Shown piece by piece: positions 19,152 to 27,213 of a DNA stretch of 64,000 nucleotides. Under the pieces are notes generated by a model that saw nothing but the letters and a program-made list of their open reading frames with translations, did no database searches and was not told where the DNA came from. The position numbers and the translations under genes were made by a program. The stretch comes from Fibrobacteria bacterium (GTDB lineage Bacteria; Fibrobacterota; Fibrobacteria; UBA11236). The stretch lies in NCBI GenBank assembly GCA_041746255.1, contig JBGTHM010000032.1:32001-96000 (forward strand). The letters run 5' to 3'. Each line of letters begins with the position of its first letter. The stretch's first letter is position 1.

Positions 19152-19486
19152 GAATCACAACCGATCCAGAGCATGGCTTAAGGAACTCTCCGGTTTTAAG
19201 TTGCCCAAAGTAATTGGGGCGCAGCGATAAGCCCTTCTTTGGAACCCAAGATTTCCCTCCCGAAAAATTCCGGGAACACCTTTGCAGTCCATGGTGAACA
19301 AGTTGGCGGAGCCGTGAGCTTCTGCTTGTTGTTTTCCGACCTAAGAACTGGATTTTCTCCGCTTCTGCGCATACACCCGATACCTTATGGGCATAGTACC
19401 GAATAGGGAGAAAAAGATCGATTCGTGGCCTTTGCTGAGTTTCATGCGGGAATGGCTGACGGTACACAATTAGCAATTGGATATTT

Positions 19487-20548
19487 ATGGAAAAGAAAAT
19501 TTCCACGCAGGCGTCATTTTGGTTTATGGGTTTAGCGATGCTATTCTCCCTTGCTTCACCATTAACCGCAGAAATCCTGTGGTATGGCGATCCCGAAAAA
19601 CCTCTCGAGGAAAGTTTCAGGCAGTTGAATACCGAGGCTGGAGAAGACGGTTCAGCCATCGTTGTAAACGACCCTGATTATGGAAAAGTTTGGAAAGTAA
19701 ATAAACCAAAAAGCTCCAAGCGCGCTGAATTAGCCAGAACCACTCCCAAAAGCGAAGTAGGGGGATACACGATACGAGAGGGAGATAGGGTTTTCGTTGG
19801 GTGGCGGGTGAAAGTGGAGGTCGCCGGAAGTAATAAACCCGATTGTGGATTTGCCCTTTTCCAGTTGAAATCCCTGGGAAATGCACAGCAAAACCATCCC
19901 GTATCCTTGGATTATAACGTCGCCAAGGGAGTGTTGGCCGTACAGGGCATAGACCAAGGTTCCGGCTCTGTCGACTCCAGAAAATTTGATTTTGCCACCC
20001 ACCCGATGAAGGAAGGCGCCTGGATGACGGTTGTCCTGGGGCTCAAATTTTCCAGAGAGCCTAAATCCAAAAAAATAGGGTTTGTGGAAGCATGGATAAA
20101 CGGGGTTAAACGGAATCTTATCCATCAAAATGAACAGCAGCAATCGTATTTCCGGACCCATGATGATGATTTAATGTATTTCAAATGGGGAGCCTACAGT
20201 GCCTGCATCAGGTCCCATGACATAAACGTATACATGGGTGATATGCGGGTCGGCACCACCTTGGCATCGGTGATGGATCCGCTCCAAGGGAAAACCAATT
20301 CCGCCTTAAAACATCCTCGAGGTGAAGCGAACCAAGCAAAATCATTTTCACGCGGATTCGCTCTGGAACCCGGTTTCTTTCCCTCCGACATGTCACTTAT
20401 GGATGTGCGTGGCAAGGTTATCTGGTCACGTAAAAACGTAACAGCCAACCCAATTATGGAACAGGAACACCGGGAAAATGGGATGTTCATTCTGAAAATA
20501 AAAACCGAATCGGAACTTCATAATTTCAAATGGATAAATTCAAAATGA
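19487..20548 (+). CDS. Secreted beta-jelly-roll polysaccharide lyase-like protein with C-terminal sorting-like domain
   Basis: Signal peptide; RAEL, FQLK, YFKWGAY motifs; MDVRGK...GMFILK tail. Confidence 0.7.
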   Translation: MEKKISTQASFWFMGLAMLFSLASPLTAEILWYGDPEKPLEESFRQLNTEAGEDGSAIVVNDPDYGKVWKVNKPKSSKRAELARTTPKSEVGGYTIREGDRVFVGWRVKVEVAGSNKPDCGFALFQLKSLGNAQQNHPVSLDYNVAKGVLAVQGIDQGSGSVDSRKFDFATHPMKEGAWMTVVLGLKFSREPKSKKIGFVEAWINGVKRNLIHQNEQQQSYFRTHDDDLMYFKWGAYSACIRSHDINVYMGDMRVGTTLASVMDPLQGKTNSALKHPRGEANQAKSFSRGFALEPGFFPSDMSLMDVRGKVIWSRKNVTANPIMEQEHRENGMFILKIKTESELHNFKWINSK

Positions 20549-20574
20549 AACCGATAATTTTGGAAAATACCGGA

Positions 20575-21678
20575 CTATTTAATCTCCAAGGGCAATGGTA
20601 AGAATTCGGTATTACCCCCCTTACTTTGCACCATGGCGAAAAATGCTCCTTTTTGAATATACTGCCTCGGAATAATCTGTGGACTCGTCACTTTATTAAA
20701 ACGCCACAATTCCCTCCCTTGTAAATTTTTGATGGAAATATCCAAGGGATATTTTTCTGCGGATAGGCTCAAACCAAGCGGAGTATGGTTGAGGACATAA
20801 GGTGAGGTTAATGCCCGGTTGCTCGGTCGGACACTATTAGGACTTTCCTTTTTCCCGTTTATGGTCGCACCGGTAACAAAAATTAGGGAGGTTTCCGCGG
20901 GTGTACTGCGGCCAAAATACATTCCCCAGCGAAAAGTAGATGAGCCATCGCGAGTGGAATAGGAGGACTTATAGGCTAATTCCCCATTGAAATACACTTC
21001 GGAATTCAATCCGTCATCGCGAATTTTGATATCAAAACTCTTGCCTCTGACATCCTTAGCGAGCGTTTTAGACGCCGACTTTAGATGATCCGCAATAAGT
21101 TCTCCAGAGGATTTCAATTTCAGCATGACGCTCCAGCAGCAGCCACCGTCTTTTACCTGAAAGATTCCGCAATAATGTGGACCCACGCATCCACGGACAT
21201 CCACGATGGTATAGGAACCTTCCCAAGTTTGCCATCCATCGCCTTTTTTAAAGCTGCTCCCATAAAAGGACTCAATTCGGGCAGCACCCTCTCGCTCGTT
21301 GCGGACATTGTATTCGCCCTTATGGATGCGGTAGACTTGTGTGTTTCCATCCTCTTGATACCAACGGGTCCATTTGGGAAATTCACTGCGAGGAATTTGG
21401 CTGCTTCCGGGGGAATGGATTTTGATATCCTGGGGTATTCCATGGCTTCCATAGGTCAGTTTGTCCATTAAATCATTATTAACATCAATGCGTGATCCCG
21501 TTATCCCATCGGTTGAATTATGCCCAATGGGGATTTGCTTATTTTTGATTATGGAGTCCCAAGTTGGGTCGGTTCCAATTTGCGTGTAATATTCCTGAGA
21601 GAAAACAGGCACATTAACAGCAATACAAAGTAAAAAAGCGGTTGTTGTCCGCTTGAGAATTTCAATATCGGCTCTCAT
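20575..21678 (-). CDS. Secreted PL7-like polysaccharide lyase with C-terminal sorting-like domain
   Basis: Signal peptide; RIES, FQVK, VYFNG, TFRWGMY; NLQGR...GAFFAMV tail. Confidence 0.6.
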   Translation of the reverse strand: MRADIEILKRTTTAFLLCIAVNVPVFSQEYYTQIGTDPTWDSIIKNKQIPIGHNSTDGITGSRIDVNNDLMDKLTYGSHGIPQDIKIHSPGSSQIPRSEFPKWTRWYQEDGNTQVYRIHKGEYNVRNEREGAARIESFYGSSFKKGDGWQTWEGSYTIVDVRGCVGPHYCGIFQVKDGGCCWSVMLKLKSSGELIADHLKSASKTLAKDVRGKSFDIKIRDDGLNSEVYFNGELAYKSSYSTRDGSSTFRWGMYFGRSTPAETSLIFVTGATINGKKESPNSVRPSNRALTSPYVLNHTPLGLSLSAEKYPLDISIKNLQGRELWRFNKVTSPQIIPRQYIQKGAFFAMVQSKGGNTEFLPLPLEIK

Positions 21679-21760
21679 TTTGCATCCTATTCCTTTAAGC
21701 GACGTCTGCAATATGACAGTACTGGCTAGTTAATCAGAAGAAATGGGACTTGGATTATAA

Positions 21761-21782
21761 CTCGTTTCTTTTTGGAAACGAG
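21761..21782. promoter_or_regulatory. Palindrome copy 2 (variant) next to a minus-strand TATAAT
   Basis: CTCGTTTC-TTTTTG-GAAACGAG with the same GTTYC-N6-GRAAC geometry; minus-strand TATAAT at 21759-21754. Confidence 0.45.
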
Positions 21783-21835
21783 CGACGGGTAATGGCAGGA
21801 AAATACGGAAGCGTTTGCCCGCACGGAACGGGAAG

Positions 21836-23056
21836 TCAGGGAGCTTTTTTAAGGTCCTCGACAGTAACGCCGAGTAAATGGACCTCGTCGATCAGGCAGG
21901 ATTCGGCATCCTGAATCTGAAAGGAGATCCTTTCGACCTGAGTGTTAACATCACTCCAGGTAAGGCCTCTGCTGGTGGAAGAACCGTTCGGCTCAGGTTG
22001 CTTAAGATCTTCGGGGAAAACGAAATAGCGCTCCCATTGCGATGACAATGTGACCTCCGTAAAGACGGCAGGTTCTGGAGTGGAAATTGCTTGGGTAGCT
22101 GCCCTGATAGCCAATTTTCCCGGCCCCTTGGCGTAAAAAGAAATTCCTTTCAATTTGGACAGATTGTAATATCCTTTTCCGAATGGCATTAGGTAGGGCG
22201 CTCCGGTAACCACTGAGAGACTGCGTCCGGTAGGCCCGCCGAAATCTTCGACTGTGATGGGCATTTCGGAGGTTAATTTGCCTGCATTAATATCGGAAGC
22301 ATCGAATAATTGGCCTTTCAGTAAATTTTGCGAATAATCATTTTCAAAGTCGAAAAGCATCAGCGAGTCTGATAACAGGTTGATGATTCTGTAAACACTA
22401 TCGGATTGAATTCCGAGCCGTATCCTAAGTTGTTCAAAGTGATGGGGCTTTAGAGCGGTATTACGGGGAATAATTTGATAGTCGCCATCAGGAAGGGATG
22501 AAAAGTAGAAGGAACCCAATGAATCCAATTCGGCAAAAAACGGCGTTCCCGGAATGGTCAGCGTATCCCCTGATATAGAAGTCAATATCTTGCCGGCCAT
22601 TTTATTGGCGGGCAGTAAGTCCCATTCCTTTCCATTCAGTCTCTCCAATTCCGAAAATTTCACGGTAGGACTGATCAATATTGAATTCGAGTCGGACTGG
22701 TAGAACTGGAAGAATACCGAAGAATCGCCGCTGGATTCGGCCTCGCGCAACCAATCAGCGAGAGCGGATTTGTTCCATTCCAGTTTGAATTTACCCTTGG
22801 CATCGGTGCTGGTGGAGGCAAGCATGGGGTAATTTTTTGCAGGCTGAGTCGCCTGCGTATCGGGTGCGTATACGCCTCGCATCATGTAAACCAAGCCTGT
22901 ATTGACGAATTCTTCCTCGAAATAAACAGTCCCAGCAATGGAATTGGGATTATCAGTTCCCTGGGCATGCTTTTCGGTCGATTTCCCCAAAATGCAGGCA
23001 TTGAAAAAAAACGCTGCCACTAGGAGCAAAGCCAGCCGAATCAGGTAAATACTCAC
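21836..23056 (-). CDS. Lipoprotein with C-terminal CBM11/CIA30-like domain
   Basis: GGAG RBS + GTG 23056; lipobox FFNA-C; GTDNPNSIAG; LFDFE...NLSKLKGISFYAKG...IDEV. Confidence 0.7.
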   Translation of the reverse strand: MSIYLIRLALLLVAAFFFNACILGKSTEKHAQGTDNPNSIAGTVYFEEEFVNTGLVYMMRGVYAPDTQATQPAKNYPMLASTSTDAKGKFKLEWNKSALADWLREAESSGDSSVFFQFYQSDSNSILISPTVKFSELERLNGKEWDLLPANKMAGKILTSISGDTLTIPGTPFFAELDSLGSFYFSSLPDGDYQIIPRNTALKPHHFEQLRIRLGIQSDSVYRIINLLSDSLMLFDFENDYSQNLLKGQLFDASDINAGKLTSEMPITVEDFGGPTGRSLSVVTGAPYLMPFGKGYYNLSKLKGISFYAKGPGKLAIRAATQAISTPEPAVFTEVTLSSQWERYFVFPEDLKQPEPNGSSTSRGLTWSDVNTQVERISFQIQDAESCLIDEVHLLGVTVEDLKKAP

Positions 23057-23090
23057 GATTTTTTCTCCAAATTCCGGACTTTTCCCGTCA

Positions 23091-23960
23091 TCAATTTTCT
23101 CTTGTGCTTTCAATCCAATGCTTACTAAGTGGGTAGAGTTGGACGCTAAAGGCGTAAACCGCTTCTCCCTCCTTGGATTCATTCGCCTCTGCCAGGAACT
23201 TTTGCCTTAATTCATCGATTTCCCAGCACATCTCGAGGTATTTTTTCCGGCTAACCGTAAAAGTACAATAACTCAAATGCCGCATTTCGACGGGCAGAGA
23301 ATCGCCCGCACTTATGGCTTTCAGTATCAATTCGGTCCGGGTACTTTTCAATACATGCGAGGGAAGCCCTTTGGAAGAGATGATCTCATCTGTCTGCGCA
23401 TATTTCCCTCCCGCTCTTTTTTTCAACAGGCCCAATTTTATAAGGGTATTAATACCCTCCTTCACTTGGGATTCGGACAACGGCGGATCAAAAAATTCTC
23501 CCATCCGTTGAAAGCTGCCGTACCACGGTGCGTAGACGGCCAGTTCACGCAAAACCTGTAGATACCATTTGTCAAAATAGGCGTATTGATCGGCTTGTAC
23601 GGCCGGTATATTATCCTTTGGGCGCAGGTTTTTTAAGTGCTGGAGAAATCCATTCTTCTCCACGTGGTCGTTGCTTTGATTGTAGAGGATAAGGGTATTG
23701 AAATATTCCTGCTCCTGCTTTCCGAATCCCAGTGATTTTCCGATTTTCAAGGCATTTTCAAGGGATAACTGGGACTGGCCCCGCAAAATTTTAAAGAGCA
23801 CGGTATGTGAATTGAAGTTCGATCTTTTCGCAAAATAACGCCATGAAAACTTGGGGTTCCGGGTCTTTTGATAATTGAAATAATCGTTTAAATAAATGAT
23901 AAAATTATCATATTCGAACAGGTCGAGCTTCGACGAATCTGCAACGGTATTTTGTTTCAT
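23091..23960 (-). CDS. TIGR02147/DUF4423 family protein (N-terminal HTH-like domain)
   Basis: LFEYDNF..YLND, FSWRYFAKR, YFDKWY..VLRE, LIKLGLL, VYAFSVQLYPLS. Confidence 0.85.
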   Translation of the reverse strand: MKQNTVADSSKLDLFEYDNFIIYLNDYFNYQKTRNPKFSWRYFAKRSNFNSHTVLFKILRGQSQLSLENALKIGKSLGFGKQEQEYFNTLILYNQSNDHVEKNGFLQHLKNLRPKDNIPAVQADQYAYFDKWYLQVLRELAVYAPWYGSFQRMGEFFDPPLSESQVKEGINTLIKLGLLKKRAGGKYAQTDEIISSKGLPSHVLKSTRTELILKAISAGDSLPVEMRHLSYCTFTVSRKKYLEMCWEIDELRQKFLAEANESKEGEAVYAFSVQLYPLSKHWIESTREN

Positions 23961-24060
23961 CTTTACAGGTATTTCGTATTCAGGAGAAACTCTTCCCCTG
24001 GCTAGGCACACACTGAAAAATAGGCATTCCCAAGGAATCCGCCGGAAATTCCCAGAGTTG

Positions 24061-24079
24061 CTGTTCCCAACAGGGAACA
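24061..24079. promoter_or_regulatory. Palindromic putative operator, copy 3
   Basis: CTGTTCCCAAcaGGGAACA, 17/19 identical to 18061-18079, about 100 nt upstream of the TIGR02147 start. Confidence 0.6.
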
Positions 24080-24333
24080 AATTTAGTCCAAATTGGGTAC
24101 CCATCCTCGACTATTACCATAATACCCCAAAAAAAAGTCAATTTCATCGAGTAATTTTATCCGGAGCCGATGGGCGTGTGCCTTTTCCCCAGGCGAGGTC
24201 ATAGGCGCCAAATGAACTATCCGGTACACTTGGGATTGAACCAACTGGTACAAGTCTAACCTTCCGGGGTCGCTCCTCCGGGACCGTTCTCGCATCAAAG
24301 CGTTATTTTCAAGCAAAAATGGGATTTGGGGTT

Positions 24334-24350
24334 TTGGCATTGCAGTTGCT
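24334..24350 (+). promoter_or_regulatory. Sigma54 -24/-12 promoter
   Basis: TTGGCATTGCAGTTGCT: GG(24336-37)-N10-GC(24348-49), upstream of an AGGAG RBS and ATG 24413. Confidence 0.6.
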
Positions 24351-24412
24351 TTCTCCAGTTACAACCTCGATAACAGAGGCCTGGTTTGCTAAACCTGATG
24401 AGGAGATTGAAG

Positions 24413-24866
24413 ATGAATAAGACGATTATGAGTTCCCTGATAGCCGGTTGCCTTGCTCTAGGTCCGGCTACTGCCGGCAACCCCGATACGAAGATTGATC
24501 GGGAAACCAAGAAGGCTGAGTTTGAAGCAAAAATGGCCGAGTACAAAGCTGAACTCGAAGCTCGCAAAGGACGAAGAAATGCTGTATCTCTCCTGGGACA
24601 TTTCCCGTCGTTTGCAAGTTACCGGCAAACAAAAAGATCTTTCCCACGAAATGCGTAATCACTTCCCACATTCTCCATTTTTACCGGGATTTGGAACGAC
24701 GGTTGGCAGGCCTATGCCCGTGGTGAATACGGATACCGCTTTCTCACCTTACAGGCGGAGTGGGGAGTGGCTTACGACGCGCCGCGCCTTTTCGCGGAAA
24801 CCGCCCTGCAAAAGCTCGACTCTGCGGATACCTGGACCGTTGGTCAGGGAAGGCTTAGCCTATTAG
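24413..24866 (+). pseudogene. Frameshifted relic of a secreted helical (TPR-like) protein
   Basis: Good RBS and signal peptide (MNKTIMSSLIAGCLALG), then protein-like sequence moves between frames (DEEMLYLSWDISRRL..FPHSPF; WNDGWQAYARGEY). Confidence 0.5.
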
Positions 24867-25014
24867 GCAATTTCAATCCTGCGAAGGCGGGGGCGGTTGG
24901 ATCCGGGGGGTACATTTGCTTCGCTTCCGTGACGATTGGAAATCCGTGCTAATGAGCCACCACCACTTTTTTTTCTTCGAAAAATTCGCGTTGAGCGATT
25001 CCTTTTGAGGAGGC

Positions 25015-25430
25015 AGGCACTGGCTGCAATTGCCGCGGTGCGCGACGGCGATTTTCGCGAAGACTTGTATTTCCGTCTCAACATCTTTCCCATTTTCGTG
25101 CCGTCGCTTTCGGATCGCACCGAGGATATCCCGGCGCTGGTGGATATTCTCTTGCGTAAGTTCAACCATTACCATGGACTGGGGGAGGGTTTTCTCACCC
25201 GGTTGATGGAATATGCGTGGCCCGGAAATGTGCGCGAGTTGGAGAATTGTCTGGCGCGCGCAAGCATCATGGCGGGCGAAGGCCCCTAGGAGGTCTCGCA
25301 CCTGCCGGAATATTTCCGTTCCAATCGCGTGCTCGAAAGCCCTACCGCTTTCAAGCTCCCCGAATCCGGCCTATCCCTGGAAGAACTGGAGAAAAACCTT
25401 ATTCTCCACGCCCTGGATCGACAGGGACTT
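25015..25430 (+). pseudogene. Fragment of a sigma54 enhancer-binding protein (AAA+ C-terminal part)
   Basis: GDFREDLYFRLNIFPI, WPGNVRELEN, in-frame TAG at 25287-25289, then SLEELEKNLILHAL; no Walker A/GAFTGA and no HTH. Confidence 0.85.
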
Positions 25431-25450
25431 ATCGTAATATACTTCTACCC

Positions 25451-26833
25451 ATGCCCCCGGAAATTCTGCCCAGTTCCTTTCGCGATCCATCCGGATTCGT
25501 CTTCAAAAAGGATGGCGAGGTTTTCCGGCAGGTCAATTCCAGCTATAGCGAAAACTATTCCCGGTTAATCGACTCAGGACTCTATTCCCGTCTGGTGGAA
25601 AAAGGTTTACTGCTGAGCCATGAAGAAGTTGATTCCCTTTTCGTGGCGCCGGGTGGCTTCAAGGTATTACGACCTCGTCGTGTCCCATTTATAAGCTATC
25701 CCTTCGAATGGAGCTTTACCCAACTTAAAAATGCAGCTCTCACAACACTGGAAATTCAACGGGAATCCATGAAGTCGGGTCTGTCCCTCAAAGATGCGAG
25801 CGCCTACAACATCCAGTTCGTGGAAGGCCGGCCGATATTGATGGATACCTTGTCGTTCGAGGTTTTCGATCCGGGAAAACCCTGGGTGGCCTACCGGCAA
25901 TTTTGCCAGCATTTCCTGGCCCCCTTGCTGCTCATGCGCTATAAAGATGTGCGTTGCGGACTGCTGTCCCGGATTTTTCTGGACGGCATTCCCCTGGACA
26001 TGACCAGCGGAATGCTACCGAAACGAACGTATTTCCGATTTTCCATTTTCGCCCATATTCATCTGCATGCTTACTTCCAGGGTAAAAAAACCGGTGGTTC
26101 AGTCAAGCCGCGGAAGTTACCGGATAATGCCATTCCAGGATTGGTGGACGGTCTTTTCCGAGCGGTAAAAAACTTACAGCTGCCGGCGCTTAAATCCACT
26201 TGGTCCGATTATTATCACAATACCAATTATTCGGAAGCGGCTTTTCAGCATAAAACCTCGGTGGTAGGGGAATGGATACGCGCCGTAAAGCCTGCGCAGG
26301 TTTGGGATTTGGGGGCCAACACGGGTGCGTTCAGCCGGCTCGCGGCTCAAGAGAAAATTCCGGTAATGGCCTTCGACTTTGACGCGCGGGCGGTGGATAT
26401 CCATTATCAAGAACTGATGACGAAAGGCGAAAAGAACATTTTGCCCTTGGTGATGAACTTGGAAAACCCAAGTCCGGGGCTGGGTTGGGCAGGAAGAGAG
26501 CGAATGTCTTTGGGGGAGAGAGGGCCTGCCGACATGATTATGGCATTGGCGCTTATCCATCATTTGGCCATAGGAAACAATCTGCCCTTCCGGATGATAG
26601 CGGGCTATTTGGCCGAATGTTGCCATACCTTAATCATCGAGTTCATCGAAAAGGAAGACTCCCAGGTGGTGAGAATGCTGGTCCATCGCCAAGATGTATT
26701 CCAGGGCTACAACCGGGCCTCCTTTGAAGAAGAATTCGGTAATTTTTTCGAAATCTCCGAGACCACCGCCATTCAAGAATCCCAACGGGTATTGTATCTC
26801 ATGCGATCGAAGCGCCATTCCGCTCAGCCTTGA
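25451..26833 (+). CDS. NoeA-like protein: N-terminal kinase-like domain + C-terminal class I methyltransferase
   Basis: SFRDPSG, ISYPFEWSF, LKDASAYNIQF, LMDTLSF; WDLGANTG, ALALIHHL. Confidence 0.8.
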   Translation: MPPEILPSSFRDPSGFVFKKDGEVFRQVNSSYSENYSRLIDSGLYSRLVEKGLLLSHEEVDSLFVAPGGFKVLRPRRVPFISYPFEWSFTQLKNAALTTLEIQRESMKSGLSLKDASAYNIQFVEGRPILMDTLSFEVFDPGKPWVAYRQFCQHFLAPLLLMRYKDVRCGLLSRIFLDGIPLDMTSGMLPKRTYFRFSIFAHIHLHAYFQGKKTGGSVKPRKLPDNAIPGLVDGLFRAVKNLQLPALKSTWSDYYHNTNYSEAAFQHKTSVVGEWIRAVKPAQVWDLGANTGAFSRLAAQEKIPVMAFDFDARAVDIHYQELMTKGEKNILPLVMNLENPSPGLGWAGRERMSLGERGPADMIMALALIHHLAIGNNLPFRMIAGYLAECCHTLIIEFIEKEDSQVVRMLVHRQDVFQGYNRASFEEEFGNFFEISETTAIQESQRVLYLMRSKRHSAQP

Positions 26834-26929
26834 AATCCCCTGGGTAGGGTGGTAGTATCATCCTATCGAATATGCGTTACGCGAACAGGGTCGATTTTTC
26901 CTTCCATGATGGGGCTTGGGGTTAAGTAA

Positions 26930-27208
26930 ATGCCATACCCGGCGATGGTGATTTTGCTTTGGGCTGGTTTGGGTGAAGCCCAGGCTTATATTGATCCCGG
27001 TGTCGGTTCGGCTCTTTTCCAAGGCTTGTATGCGCTCCTCTTCGGCACTGTTTTCGCCTGGATCCTGAAGCCTTGGGTTTTTATCAAGGTATTTTTAAGC
27101 CGGTGGAGTAAGCGGGAAACGAGCGTGCCCGGCTCAGCGTCCCCGAAAAGCGGCCAAGCGGATCCTGATTCCGATAAGCGCTCGAACCCTTCCAAGCAAC
27201 GGGAATAA
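26930..27208 (+). CDS. Small YIDPG-motif membrane protein
   Basis: Signal ending AQA, then YIDPGVGS and a hydrophobic helix. Confidence 0.75.
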   Translation: MPYPAMVILLWAGLGEAQAYIDPGVGSALFQGLYALLFGTVFAWILKPWVFIKVFLSRWSKRETSVPGSASPKSGQADPDSDKRSNPSKQRE

Positions 27209-27213
27209 TCCGC

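Noticed and set aside
19251..19278. Degenerate palindrome or GGGAACA half-site upstream of the 19487 lyase-like gene
   Set aside because: Too weak (ATTTC-N6-GAAAA, or a half-site only) to count as a fourth operator without a weight matrix
25287..25289. In-frame TAG as pyrrolysine or readthrough recoding
   Set aside because: The ORF is truncated at both ends and TAG is an ordinary stop for other genes here; pseudogene is simpler
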